Numbered from the stretch's first letter, positions 50,087 to 60,732 are shown. The stretch: DNA of 64,000 nucleotides from Acidimicrobiia bacterium (GCA_029210695.1 JARGFH010000014.1:1-64000); one strand, 5' to 3'. The notes: a model not told the origin generated them from the sequence alone. Program-made: numbers and translations.

Positions 50087-52237
50087 CTACCTGCGACCGG
50101 GCGCTCGCAACTGTCGTAGTTCTGCAAGGCGTCCCGATGCTTCGAGAGCGTAGATGGCCCCTCGCGCATGGCGGGCATCACCCAGGAGCGACTCGGCGCG
50201 TTGAGTTAGCTCCCCGCCTTCAACAACGTCAAGGGGGTCAAGGAACACAAGGTGCGCTATCTCCCAGCGATCCTTCCCTGCACCGAATCTGTACAGGTGG
50301 CGTTGGTGGAACTGCCGTTCAAGCGCGGCGCGGTCCTTCTTGTACTTGAGGTGAGCGTAGAAGTTCAGGTCCCTTCCGTATCGGAGGTTGAACGCTGCAC
50401 CCAGGAACGGCCACCGATCCTTATAGAACGATCGTGATCCAAGGCCCAGCTCTTCTCTCGTCTCGCGGTACATAGTCGTCCGAAGGGAGCGACGGAATAG
50501 TCCTCTCCGCCACCAACGGAGATCCCCCCAATCTGCCGCGCCTCCGCTGCTGCAGCCGACCCCACCCCTAGCTGCCTGCACACGGTCGGAGCGTCGCTGG
50601 AGAACGATGAAGCCGTCAGCTGTGGTCACTAGCGTCGACACCCCGACCATCATTGAGTAGTACGCCGCGGCGTCTTCGCCCGAGGGCAGGTCAACTTGAC
50701 GGAGCGTCCACGCCGAACCCTCGAAGAACTCGCGCAGATATGGAAGCTGCCCTGGGACTTCGAGGTGAACGGACCCCTCGGCCAGTAGGTAGTCCTCGTA
50801 CTTCACCTTGGCACACCGCATTCTCAGGCCCGCACGCGTCTTGACGCCCGACATCTGAGGTAAGTCTGCAAGCCGGACCTTCGCACCCCAGTTGAGGCCG
50901 GGTCCGTAGTAGCTCTTGCGCAGCTCGCGTCCGCGCCAGCGGGCATAAGCGTCCCAGCTAAAGGGTAGTACGTCGGATCGTTCCGAAGCTTGTGCAAGGT
51001 CTGGTTTCGGCGCCTTCCGAGCCAGGCTGCAATGGACGTCGAATTGAAGATCCTGCTCCGGGTGGATGAGGAACGAGATGGGCACATGGGCGTACGGCAT
51101 TGACGCTTGGAGTACGGTCGGGTTCTTAGCTCGGCGGCGGTACTCGCTGGAAAGCTCCCGGTTGGTGCGATCGACCACCACGGTAGGCCCAAACCGAGGG
51201 TGGACGCCCGAGCGAACCACGCTCCACGCGTCCCGAATGCCTGTTCGGAGAAACTGGTACAAACCAAAGAGAATCCCTGTCGCGCCAGCCCCAGCAAGAA
51301 GACTCTCCGCCAACTGGAGCATGGTGCCTGAATCTCCCGTCGCGGGCGGGGTATGGCGGAGCAGAACGCTGAGACCAGACATGCTCAGCGATAGGGCGAG
51401 CAGGAAGACAAGGCCCACGCCGATAAGATGTAGCCGAGCGCTGAGTCGCGATCGTGGCGAGAGCAGCGGCGCTGTCGTTTCGGATGGTGCGACGCTTCGT
51501 GTGGCGGTGGGTGCCGAATACATGCTTGCCCGTACCCAGTCCTCCGGTTCCGCAACCGACCTCGCATGGCGTACGTATTCGAGGATTCTCTCGACGCATT
51601 GCTTGCAGCGCGCGCCCTCATTCTCGTGGTCGACCGCGCATTCAGAAGTGTTGAGGAAGAGTCCGCCCCCGTAGTACGGGAACGACCTAGCTTCGGCCCG
51701 CACCTGGGACTCAGTCAGATCGACGGCAGGGTGGCTCGCACGGCGCTCGCGAAACCTTTGCGCGGCGTCCTCTGCCGAGACGTAGCACTCAACCAGGAAG
51801 AGCTTCGCTCTGTGTTTCTGAGCGATGCCAACGATTCCCGAACGGTGATACCACGGGGCGTAGGTCGCGTCGACGATCACAGCGACCGCCCTCCCGCTGG
51901 CGAGCTCCATGTCAGCAAGGCGATGCATCTGCCCATAGCTGAGATTGCGAACGCGTTTGCTGTGGTCCGAATCACTCAGAATGTCTCTTCGTATCTCATC
52001 CATCTCAAGGTGCGTTGCAGCCACATCGAGGCCCGCCTGGACCTGGCATGCGAGCGATGACTTCCCCGACAAGGAAGGACCAGAGAACACGATGACCCGC
52101 CGCCCGCCAGGAGCCACCCCCGATCCATCACCGGTCACCGAGGCACCGTCGCGGGGCATTTGACCTTGGCGTCGGCGTACGAGCGAGCGAGCGACGCCAG
52201 CTATCGCTCGCCATATTCTCATTATGTACCTCAACAC
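50087..52237 (-). CDS. P-loop nucleotide-kinase-like (AAA_33) + 2TM + Nudix-like fusion protein
   Basis: SGPSLSGKS, DEIRR, VIVDAT, RFRER lid; two hydrophobic helices; GVSTLVTTADGFIVLQRRS...RETREELGL. Confidence 0.8.
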   Translation of the reverse strand: MLRYIMRIWRAIAGVARSLVRRRQGQMPRDGASVTGDGSGVAPGGRRVIVFSGPSLSGKSSLACQVQAGLDVAATHLEMDEIRRDILSDSDHSKRVRNLSYGQMHRLADMELASGRAVAVIVDATYAPWYHRSGIVGIAQKHRAKLFLVECYVSAEDAAQRFRERRASHPAVDLTESQVRAEARSFPYYGGGLFLNTSECAVDHENEGARCKQCVERILEYVRHARSVAEPEDWVRASMYSAPTATRSVAPSETTAPLLSPRSRLSARLHLIGVGLVFLLALSLSMSGLSVLLRHTPPATGDSGTMLQLAESLLAGAGATGILFGLYQFLRTGIRDAWSVVRSGVHPRFGPTVVVDRTNRELSSEYRRRAKNPTVLQASMPYAHVPISFLIHPEQDLQFDVHCSLARKAPKPDLAQASERSDVLPFSWDAYARWRGRELRKSYYGPGLNWGAKVRLADLPQMSGVKTRAGLRMRCAKVKYEDYLLAEGSVHLEVPGQLPYLREFFEGSAWTLRQVDLPSGEDAAAYYSMMVGVSTLVTTADGFIVLQRRSDRVQAARGGVGCSSGGAADWGDLRWWRRGLFRRSLRTTMYRETREELGLGSRSFYKDRWPFLGAAFNLRYGRDLNFYAHLKYKKDRAALERQFHQRHLYRFGAGKDRWEIAHLVFLDPLDVVEGGELTQRAESLLGDARHARGAIYALEASGRLAELRQLRAPGRR

Positions 52238-52858
52238 AAGGCCGACCTTACTTGTTGATGTTGTACCCCAGCCAACTCTCGTCCAAAGATCAGTCCATGG
52301 CGATCCTCAACGTCCTGTACCTGAGCGCGCGTGGTCGCGGAATGCCACGGTTCTCCCGACTCACGGACGGGTGTAGTTGGCGTTGCAGGTGAACGACCTG
52401 CGCTGCCACGGCGACGCCAAAGTCGAGCTGCTGACGAGGTTGATCTGCCCTTGCCGGTCGTCGAGTGCCCATTCGACGGCGACTTCGAATCTGCCCTCGT
52501 GGTCGAAGTCAGGGAACATCAGGTCTGCAGCACCACCCACGAGGACGGTTCTGCCTTCGACGTCGGCATGAGTACCGGCGATCCCGTCGCGGGAGGCGCG
52601 CCGCCGCGGGCCTGGGGCGATCCGAGCGCCGTGTGACGTCAGTGCCCAGTACGCAATGGTGGTTCGGCATCGCTGGCGGCTGCACTGGAATGGCAGCGGC
52701 GGCGTGGTACGGAGCGGGTCGAGGAGCACGTTGGGTTCTGGGTCGTCGATTAGCGCCGCCTCGGCGACGTCGTTGTTACGGAGCCATCGAATTACATCGT
52801 TGACATTTACCGTCTTGCTCGCGACAGTAACCAGTAATCGACCCGGTTATCACAATGG

Positions 52859-53341
52859 ATGCCCGCCCGCAGTGCTGCGACTGCGGCATTTACGTGGCTC
52901 GTGGTCGCAGAAGGACTATGGCGCGACCTAGAGGGGCATCGTACTCGGCAGCCGGACCAAGTCGTTCTTCCGATCTGGGATAAATACAAGGCCAAGCGAT
53001 TCGGGCCTAGCCTACCGTGGCCGGTGGAATCGGTAAGCGCCGCACAGATCGTTCTGAACGCTGCGGATCGAGACATCGTCGACGAGCCGATCCAAGCTGC
53101 CAACACCAACCGCCACGGGTTCCTTCATGGCAATGTCGCAGGGATCATCCGCATCCACCATGCGGTGAAAGTGTTCACACTGGTCGATGCACTCGTGGAT
53201 ATGGCTGAGGAGTACGCGAGTGATCTGCCTGACGAGCGGCGGCTGGAACGGGCGCCGTGGGAAGATTCGCCCGGCAGCATTATCCGCACACCGGTTCGTT
53301 ACGGACCATTGCCCGGCATGTCCGCCTTGAACGACGAGTGA
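52859..53341 (+). CDS. Hypothetical protein, HEPN-like (possibly a 3' remnant)
   Basis: LVVAEGL and NRHGFLHG (RxxxxH). Confidence 0.5.
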   Translation: MPARSAATAAFTWLVVAEGLWRDLEGHRTRQPDQVVLPIWDKYKAKRFGPSLPWPVESVSAAQIVLNAADRDIVDEPIQAANTNRHGFLHGNVAGIIRIHHAVKVFTLVDALVDMAEEYASDLPDERRLERAPWEDSPGSIIRTPVRYGPLPGMSALNDE

Positions 53342-54328
53342 GCAACCTACGCGGCAAGGCAGGCCGCCCCCACTGGCGGGTCCGATTGGTCAGCTCTCTT
53401 AGTCGACCCTTTGCATCAATGTCACCGGGATTCTGAACTCGCCGCCCACCAGGTGAGGAGGGCGCGGCGAGCTATGTGCTCAAAGATGTGGAGATACATC
53501 GGGAGGTCTTCAGCCTTCCAGACGCTCTGACCGACAGCTGCGGCGAGACCCAAAGGTCGTTCCTCGGTGTTCGGATATCTGATCGGACCGTCAAGCAGCG
53601 GGCCAGGAAACGCCTTTCCGCCGTGCAGACTCTTGCTGCGGTATCCGTAGATCTGGCTCAGACCATGTCGCAGTTTGCTCCAATCGACCTGCATCGCCGG
53701 TTCTGGTCGGCTCTCCGGCGGAGGGGGTTTGAAAGCATCAAGGAAATCGAGGAACTTCCTTGTCGATCGAGTGACCTGGACAAGCTTCTCAGCCGCGTAG
53801 TCAACCAATTCAGCGCCGCCAGCTTGCTGGAGGCGCTCGAAGAGGCCTTGGTCCCAAGCTTCCAGATGCTCCGCCGGGTCGGCCTGCCCCTGCCACCAAT
53901 GATCAGCGGCAGTCTCGACAGCTGACACGAACTTGAGCCATGCGTACTCGGGGTCGTCTTCGGCAACCCATAGGCCTGCTTGATACGCCCGTGCCGATCG
54001 GATCAGCGCGACCGCCGTCGACAGATCGAGGTCCGGATACGAGCCGAGCAGGTCCGCAACATCATTGAGCTGATGGGTACCCAGAGCCGAGGGCACAGCA
54101 GGTCGGTGAGACGCGGGCGGTATATAGGGCTGAACGTGTTTGTGGGAACGCGGTCGGCCCATGGGATCACCGTCTGCGTCGAAAGCGCGTGGCGTCCCAC
54201 CCCTCTGTGTCAACCTGGGGTGAGGCGGGTTGATAGACGGAAATATTGTGCTTTGAGGGCGGGGAGGGATGTTCCCGATGAACACGGAAATGTTGCAGTC
54301 TGAGCAGCGACGCGGCGATGCTGGCGTC

Positions 54329-54733
54329 ATGGAATCATCACATACCGATCCTGATCCTGAGGTTCCGGTGCGGGCCCGGCCGCCGCGGAGCTATTCGGCG
54401 AAGTACAAGGCCCGGATCCTTGCCGAGTATGAGGACCTGTCGAAGGGTGACAAGGGGGCGTTGTTGCGACGGGAGGGCCTGTACTCGTCGCTGATTTCGG
54501 AGTGGCGGAAACAACGTGACCGGGGAGCTCTCGAGGCGTTGTCGAAGTCGTCGGGTCGCCCACCGGCTGATCCGTTGGAGCGGGAGAACGTCCGGCTGGT
54601 CCGGGAGAACCGGCGTCTCGAAACGGATTTGGATAAGGCTCGCAGGGTGATCGAGGTGCAGGGGAAACTCTCGGCGTTGTTGGAGCAGCTCGCCACCGGC
54701 AGCGCCACCGAGACGAGGGGCGAGAAGCAATGA
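54329..54733 (+). CDS. IS3-family transposase OrfA
   Basis: [12 protein letters not shown]...[18 protein letters not shown], leucine-zipper-like [13 protein letters not shown]. Confidence 0.9.
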   Translation: MESSHTDPDPEVPVRARPPRSYSAKYKARILAEYEDLSKGDKGALLRREGLYSSLISEWRKQRDRGALEALSKSSGRPPADPLERENVRLVRENRRLETDLDKARRVIEVQGKLSALLEQLATGSATETRGEKQ

Positions 54734-55749
54734 TCGATGAGGCGATCGACGAGTTGGCGCCGGTGGTGGGGGTCACCGGGGCGTGTCTGGCGACGGGTCG
54801 GCCCCGTTCGACCCATTACCGCCGGCACCGGCAGAGCCCGCCACCGCCGAAACCCGAGCGGGTCCCGCAGCTCCAACCGCGGGCCCTTTCGGAGGTGGAA
54901 CGCAAAGAGATACTGCGGGTGTTGCATGAACCCGACCATGTCGATGAGGCACCCGCAACGGTGTTCGCCAAGCTGCTCGACGAAGCAACCTATCTGGCGT
55001 CGGTATCGACCATGTACCGGATTCTGCGGGCCGAAGGAGAGGTGGGTGACCGGCGCCGCCACGCCACCCACCCTGCCCACAAGAAACCTGAACTGATCGC
55101 TGTGGCACCCAACGACGTGTGGAGTTGGGATATCACCAAACTGCTCGGCCCCCACAAGTGGAGCTACTACTACCTGTATGTGATCATCGATATCTACTCG
55201 CGGTATGTGCCCGGGTGGATGCTCGCCGACAAAGAGAACGGCCGGCTGGCCGAGCAGCTACTCGCCGAGACCACCGCCAAACAACACATCGAACGTGACC
55301 GGCTCACCATCCACGCCGACCGCGGTTCACCAATGGTCGCCAAACCCGTAGCGCATCTACTCGCCGACCTCGGAGTCACCAAGAGCCATTCCCGGCCGCA
55401 TGTCAGCAACGACAACCCGTACTCGGAGAGCCAGTTCCGTACCCTCAAATATCGGCCCGAGTTCCCCGAACGCTTCGGCAGCATCCAAGACGCCCGCAGC
55501 TACTGCAACTGGTTCTTCGGCTGGTACAACAACCAGCACCGCCACTCCGGTATCGGGTTCCACACCCCCGCCGACGTCCACTACGGCCGGGCCGAAGCCA
55601 TACAGCAACAACGAGCCCAGGTCCTCAACGCCGCCTACGCCGCCCACCCCGAACGATTCGTCCGGAAACCACCCCAACCACCGGCCCTACCCACCGCGGC
55701 CTGGATCAACCCGCCACCCGACAGCGAGGACAACACAACGACACAATGA
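54730..55749 (+). CDS. IS3-family transposase OrfB (rve/DDE)
   Basis: [50 protein letters not shown]. Confidence 0.93.
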   Translation: MIDEAIDELAPVVGVTGACLATGRPRSTHYRRHRQSPPPPKPERVPQLQPRALSEVERKEILRVLHEPDHVDEAPATVFAKLLDEATYLASVSTMYRILRAEGEVGDRRRHATHPAHKKPELIAVAPNDVWSWDITKLLGPHKWSYYYLYVIIDIYSRYVPGWMLADKENGRLAEQLLAETTAKQHIERDRLTIHADRGSPMVAKPVAHLLADLGVTKSHSRPHVSNDNPYSESQFRTLKYRPEFPERFGSIQDARSYCNWFFGWYNNQHRHSGIGFHTPADVHYGRAEAIQQQRAQVLNAAYAAHPERFVRKPPQPPALPTAAWINPPPDSEDNTTTQ

Positions 55750-56192
55750 AACCCCAACCAATCCGTCTCAAAAAGGTTGACAGGCACCGGTCGCTCGGCG
55801 AATGGTGCCAGCTGACGCGAAGCACGACCGCTGGAAGAGGGTCCCCGGGTCTATGAGGTTGGATTGGCACTGTATTGAGCAGCGAAAACGGCCCGAGTCC
55901 TCCGAGGATCTCGCCGGTCACGTGAGCGTCCGTGTAAAGCGTGTACTCCTCAACGCCGTGAACTGGTTCGCTCGCACGAAAGGCACGCCAGTTCTCATAC
56001 GCGGTCAGATCTGAAGGGGGCTGCGGCATCTCGCCATCTTCGAACGTTTGGTTCACGGCCTGCCTCCCCTGCTAATCCGAGGCTCGTCGTCCATGTCATA
56101 TCGAGTCAAGCGTATCCGTCGTTGAAGAGCTGCCACAGCACGAACGAGCCTCTGAGACGTGTGTCGTGTCAGTCTTGATCCCGCCTGCTGGC

Positions 56193-56834
56193 TCAGTCGC
56201 TGGCCAACTCGTCGAGTATGAGAAGGCCGAGCGCCACGAATCGGTCGACCGCGAGGTGTCGAGCGTGGCTCGGATCGACGGCTTCCTCCCTTCCACCAAC
56301 ACGAACGGTGTATGCGGCTGATTCACCGATCATCACACTCAGCGGCACGTGGCGGTGGACGAGAGCGTTGCGAACATCGATGAGTCGATCGACGTGTGCC
56401 GACCCATGCGTCTCGACAACCCACCGCTGCTGAGCGGGCGTCAATGAGTCGAGCACCGCTCGTGTGGTTGCTACCTCGCGGAGGTCAGGCTCTCGTTGCG
56501 TCCGTCCTGCAAGTGCTGCCAATGCAGCTGCACAGAGGTCGATTGAGGCGGCTGCAGACACGACCGTGAGCTGGAACCCACTGAGATACACGAACTGAGC
56601 GTCGTCCTCGAACGCGACGCTCAGCGAGGGTGCCTGGTCGTACATGCGGGCTCCCACCCCCGAGTAGCGAAGGTGAAAGCCCGCCTGAACGATCCGGTGT
56701 CCCGCCTGAGTCCCGGAGTACCCGTGCTTCGCAGACAGATTCGCCAGAAGCCCTGCTGCGAACCGGTGAGTCCGAGGTCCTTCCTCGATGCGGTGACCGC
56801 GGAACTCGTCGGGGATGTCATCAACTGAGAGCAT
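56193..56834 (-). CDS. Cthe_2314-like HEPN protein
   Basis: SAAASIDLCAAAL...LIDVRNALVHR; AGGAGG RBS. Confidence 0.7.
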   Translation of the reverse strand: MLSVDDIPDEFRGHRIEEGPRTHRFAAGLLANLSAKHGYSGTQAGHRIVQAGFHLRYSGVGARMYDQAPSLSVAFEDDAQFVYLSGFQLTVVSAAASIDLCAAALAALAGRTQREPDLREVATTRAVLDSLTPAQQRWVVETHGSAHVDRLIDVRNALVHRHVPLSVMIGESAAYTVRVGGREEAVDPSHARHLAVDRFVALGLLILDELASD

Positions 56835-57192
56835 GGATGCACCTCCTGGGCGGCGATTGCGAACAAGCGATCCCTCGGAGGCATTGCGCCTCGGTCTGTC
56901 GCTTGGGGGAGTTCGGCGGTTCGAGCATTGGGCACCAGAGTACGGGTCGGGTGTGACGGGTCGGGTGTAACCCCGTTCGCAGGGGTCGGCGACCGTGGCG
57001 CGCAGGATTCCGGTTTTTCGTTCCTATGTCTCCCTTCCCCTCAAGACTGAACCAGGCTTTCGCCCGTCGCTCCGCTTGGTCGATGCCTATCGTTGCGTGT
57101 CGTACTTCCGGCGCTTGGCCCGCCTTACTTGCCAAGGGGCTGGCGGCGACGGGGCTCGGGCCTGACGTGTGGTGAGCATTGCTCCATCGCGC

Positions 57193-57221
57193 TGTCCGTG
57201 GACTGTCCGTCAAGTGTCCGT
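57193..57221 (+). repeat. Three TGTCCGT direct repeats (11-bp period), likely integrase arm-type sites
   Basis: tgtccgt at 57193, 57204 and 57215, about 105 bp before the att core. Confidence 0.65.
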
Positions 57222-57326
57222 CAGAGGACCGAAAACGACCAAAGACTACGAGAGGTGACAACAGACGAAATCCCTTGCCATGTGGGGGTTTTCGCCCAAA
57301 TCGCCTGTGCTGCCAAGACCCTTGTT

Positions 57327-57374
57327 CTGCCTTCACACGGCAGAGGCCACTGGTTCGATCCCAGTAGCGCCCAC
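57327..57374 (+). other. att site: 3' half of tRNA-Val(CAC)
   Basis: ctgcc-ttCACac-ggcag anticodon arm, ctgg-ttcgatc-ccag T arm and acceptor 3' strand gcgcccac; no 5' acceptor strand or D arm upstream. Confidence 0.88.
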
Positions 57375-57377
57375 TCG

Positions 57378-57402
57378 GAAACCGTTGCGCCGCAACGGTT
57401 TC
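57378..57402. terminator. Strong hairpin following the tRNA fragment
   Basis: gaaaccgttgcg-c-cgcaacggtttc perfect inverted repeat. Confidence 0.6.
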
Positions 57403-57567
57403 TGGCGTTTCTGAGAGCGCGAAATCCAACGGTGGCTCCGCTAGGACGCGCATGGGACGCGTTTTGTCTCGAGCTACTCCTCAACTCTGGCCGCCGCGAC
57501 CGCATCGTGACGACGTCCGGATGCGCCTCGTGGACGGCCTCTCGTGCTCCGTCACATGGACGGTGGC

Positions 57568-60500
57568 ATGATCGAGTTCTCGATACTCGGACCGCTGCTG
57601 GTACTGGCCGATTCTGTTGAGGTCTCGATTACGTCGCCACTTCAACGGGCGTTACTGGTTCGGCTGCTTCTCGAGCCGGGCAAGGTGGTATCAGTGGATC
57701 GCCTCGTTGAGGATCTCTGGGGTGACGCCCAGCCGGCCAATCCTGCAAATGCGCTGCGCTATCACGTGTGGCAGCTTCGGGACGCGCTCGAGCCCGACCG
57801 GCCGCGACGGTCCGAGGGCGGCTATGTCCGCACCAGGGCGCCGGGGTACTACCTCGATCAGGAGCAAGCATCGATTGACGCCGTCGAGTTTGAGCGACTG
57901 GCGGTTGCGGGGCGTGCGATGGTGGAGGACGAGCCTGAACGCGCTGCGGAGCTCCTCGAGGACGCACTCGGATTGTGGCGGGGGGAGGCACTCGCGGACG
58001 TTGCCGACTGCGAGTTCGCCCACGATGTGCGCCTGAGGTTGGAGGAACGCCGGTTATTGGCGGTTGAGGACCGGGTCGCTGCCAGATTGGCGTGCGGTGC
58101 TGCAACGGATCTGGTCCCGGAGTTGGAGCAGCTTGCGGGCAAGCATCCGTGGCGTGAGCGCCTTCGCGGGCAGTTGATGGTGGCGCTATATCGGTCGGGG
58201 CGTCAGGCCGATGCCCTGGCGGCGTTCCGTGACGCCCGCAGGTTGTTTGGTGAGGAGTTGGGTATCGAGCCATCTCCGGAGCTCGCGGCGATCGAGGAAC
58301 GGGTGCTCTTGCACGACACCGAGCTGGCTGCGCCACTCGGGACAGGCCGGCCGGGGTCCAACCTCCCGGAGCCGTTGACGTCGTTCATCGGACGGGACAG
58401 TGAACTCACTCAGCTTCAACGGCTGCTCGGAGAACGACGTCTCGTCACCCTGGTGGGCTCGCCGGGAGTAGGGAAGACTCGCTTGGGTATCCAAGCTGCA
58501 AGGCGCATGACGCACGGAGAACGGCATGTTGCGACGTGGATCGACCTCGTACCTATCCGCAGCAGAGATGACCTCATCCAAGCTATCGCTGACGCGCTGG
58601 AGCTCTCACGTCCGGCCGCCCAAGCAGGCGGGGATGCAACACCCATGACGGAGGTCTCGGTTCTCGAATCGCTTCGTCGGCGACCCAGACTGTTGGTCCT
58701 GGATAACTGTGAGCACGTCGTCGATCTCGTTCGCGACGTGGCTGGGGCCTTGCTGGCCGCTTCGTCCGGGACGCGGATCCTCGCCACCAGTCGTCGACCA
58801 CTTAACGAGGCGGCCGAGGTGATCTTCGAGGTAACACCCCTGCACGTGATTGATCCGGTCGACTTGGGAGACGACGGTTGGCGGCGCCTGCTGGCCACAG
58901 AGTCGGGCGCCTTGTTCATGGAACGCGCCTCGGATGCCGGCGCCCGCTTCACCAAGACGCGGGCATCGGCGGCTCAGATCGCCGAACTCTGCCAACGACT
59001 CGATGGCTTGCCTTTGGCGCTGGAGTTGGCAGCCACTCGCGCCCGGTCGATTGGTCCTGCCGATCTCCTCAGTCATCTCGGCGAACGTTTCGAGCTTCTC
59101 AACGGATCACCCGCTGATCCATCAGGCAAGGGGACGCTGTGGAGCGCCCTCGAGTGGAGTTATGACCTCCTCGAAGCCGACGAGGCGACGGCGCTCTGTT
59201 GGCTATCGGTCTTCGTTGGAGCGTTCGATCTGGAAGCAGGGACTGCGTTGATAGGTGCTGCCGGGGACACGCCGGCGTCTCGGTACAGCCTGGTCTCACA
59301 ACTGGTCGACCACTCCCTGCTGGTGGCCGAACCAGCCGAGGGTGGGAAGCGTCGCTTCCGCTTGCTCGATTCGGTCCGCGACTTCGCCCTCGAGAAAGTC
59401 AAGCAGCGCGGCGAGACATCCGCCGCAGAATCAGCACACACCAGATATGTCGCTCGTCTCGCGGAGCAAGCTTGGGGAGCTCGCGCCGATCGAGAACTTC
59501 GAGAGGAGCTCCACCAGCGGCTCGATTCGGTCAGGTTCGACGTGAGAGCCGTCATTGACCGCCTACTCGCTTCCGGAGACGCCTGCCGTGCGATCGGTGT
59601 GGCCGGGGCCCTTGGTGAGTACTGGCGCGCGAGACGTTCATACGGAGATGCGATTGCCATATGCCGCGCCATCGGCGAAGACTGCCTCGGGGGCGACGTC
59701 CGTCTCGTTGCCCGCTTCTTGAACGGATGGGCTGAAGCTGAAGCGGTGATGATGCAGCCGCAGAAAGCCCAAGACCTTTGGAGGCGGGCCTACCCCCTGG
59801 CCGAGTCGGCCGGGGAGTGGTCCCTTGCTGCCGCTGCGCTCGTCGGAACGACGATGTGGCCGGGCCTCCACAGCCCGTGGGAACCGCGATTCGATGGAGT
59901 GTGGATGCGTGCTGTGGACTGCTATCGCCGGGCTGATGACGTCCTGGGAGAGGCCCGGGCGTACAACGAACGCGGCTTCAGAGAATTGGTAGCCGGCGAC
60001 TTCGACCAAGCGTCGACCCACCTCGAGAGCGCACGTGCGCTCTTCGAGCAGGCCGAGGATGACGATGGAGTCCTAGAAGCGTTGGGGGATCTTGCGATGA
60101 CCGCTCGGAACGCTGGCGACCTCGCAACCGCGCGCGCCACCGTTGAGCGGGGATTGGCGGTCATCACTGATCGGCCGGACGACGCTCGCAGACCGCGCCT
60201 ACTCGTGGAATCAGCAGAGATCGCAATGGAAGAGGGCAAGCCCGACGCTGCCGTGAACCACTTGTTGCTGGCCCTGGCCATTGAGGACGAGTGCGCACCT
60301 GGAACGTTCTTCGCCAACACGCTTCGCTGTCTGCTGGGCTGGGCGCTGAGGGCATGCGGTCGCCACCGAGATGCGCTCGACCACATGACCTCAGCGATCC
60401 GGTTCTGCATCCGCTCGCCGTGGGCCGACCCCGACAAGTCGGGTCACGCTGCATGGCTACTCGAGTCGGTCGCCGGCCTCTGCGCCGAAGCGTTCGCCCC

Positions 60501-60732
60501 GGCCCTCGCTGCGACGCTCTTCGGTGCAGCGGAGGCTGGTCGGCGACGGGTCGGCGCACGAATGCCGGCCTGGGACCGGTCCCGGTATGACGCCGACGTT
60601 GCCCGTCTCAGGAAGCGCCTCAAACCAAACGAGCTCGAGAGCGCCTGGGAGAAGGGCGCGAGGCTGTCGGTCGAGACCGCCGCCCACCTTGCGATATCCG
60701 AACTGACCCCCTTCCTCGCCGTTTCGGGCTGA
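57568..60732 (+). CDS. AfsR/SARP-type regulator: wHTH-BTAD-NB-ARC-like NTPase-TPR
   Basis: FSILGPL, ALGLWRGEAL, HPWRERLRGQLMVALYRSGRQADAL, LGIEPSPEL, GSPGVGKTRL, LVLDNCEH, LDGLPLALELAA. Confidence 0.93.
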   Translation: MIEFSILGPLLVLADSVEVSITSPLQRALLVRLLLEPGKVVSVDRLVEDLWGDAQPANPANALRYHVWQLRDALEPDRPRRSEGGYVRTRAPGYYLDQEQASIDAVEFERLAVAGRAMVEDEPERAAELLEDALGLWRGEALADVADCEFAHDVRLRLEERRLLAVEDRVAARLACGAATDLVPELEQLAGKHPWRERLRGQLMVALYRSGRQADALAAFRDARRLFGEELGIEPSPELAAIEERVLLHDTELAAPLGTGRPGSNLPEPLTSFIGRDSELTQLQRLLGERRLVTLVGSPGVGKTRLGIQAARRMTHGERHVATWIDLVPIRSRDDLIQAIADALELSRPAAQAGGDATPMTEVSVLESLRRRPRLLVLDNCEHVVDLVRDVAGALLAASSGTRILATSRRPLNEAAEVIFEVTPLHVIDPVDLGDDGWRRLLATESGALFMERASDAGARFTKTRASAAQIAELCQRLDGLPLALELAATRARSIGPADLLSHLGERFELLNGSPADPSGKGTLWSALEWSYDLLEADEATALCWLSVFVGAFDLEAGTALIGAAGDTPASRYSLVSQLVDHSLLVAEPAEGGKRRFRLLDSVRDFALEKVKQRGETSAAESAHTRYVARLAEQAWGARADRELREELHQRLDSVRFDVRAVIDRLLASGDACRAIGVAGALGEYWRARRSYGDAIAICRAIGEDCLGGDVRLVARFLNGWAEAEAVMMQPQKAQDLWRRAYPLAESAGEWSLAAAALVGTTMWPGLHSPWEPRFDGVWMRAVDCYRRADDVLGEARAYNERGFRELVAGDFDQASTHLESARALFEQAEDDDGVLEALGDLAMTARNAGDLATARATVERGLAVITDRPDDARRPRLLVESAEIAMEEGKPDAAVNHLLLALAIEDECAPGTFFANTLRCLLGWALRACGRHRDALDHMTSAIRFCIRSPWADPDKSGHAAWLLESVAGLCAEAFAPALAATLFGAAEAGRRRVGARMPAWDRSRYDADVARLRKRLKPNELESAWEKGARLSVETAAHLAISELTPFLAVSG

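Larger units (their letters stand above)
54208..55782 (+). mobile_element. IS3-family element
   Basis: TG...CA ends with imperfect IRs tgtcaacctggggtgaggcgggttg / revcomp tgtcaacctttttgagacggattg; no clear target duplication. Confidence 0.8.
53422..56056 (-). pseudogene. HEPN (ApeA-like) gene split by an IS3-family element
   Basis: N-part 56056-55783 (AYENWRA...EYTLYTDAHVTGE) and C-part 54207-53422 (SARAYQAGLW...AWLKFVSAVETAA...IYGYRSKSLHGG) flank the IS on the same strand. Confidence 0.7.
1..57374. mobile_element. Integrative conjugative element (right part; left end and its own integrase lie outside the window)
   Basis: MOBF relaxase, oriT-like site, T4CP, VirB4/TcpC/TcpE/VirB6-like genes, cell-wall hydrolase and defence cargo; bounded on the right by a tRNA-Val 3' fragment with adjacent direct repeats. 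Confidence 0.8.

Noticed and set aside
52290..52803. Short ORFs between the kinase-Nudix gene and 52859
   Set aside because: Possibly degraded remnants, but no frame could be supported.
57300..57376. Complete tRNA-Val gene
   Set aside because: Only the anticodon arm to the acceptor 3' strand is present; upstream bases cannot form the D arm or 5' acceptor strand.
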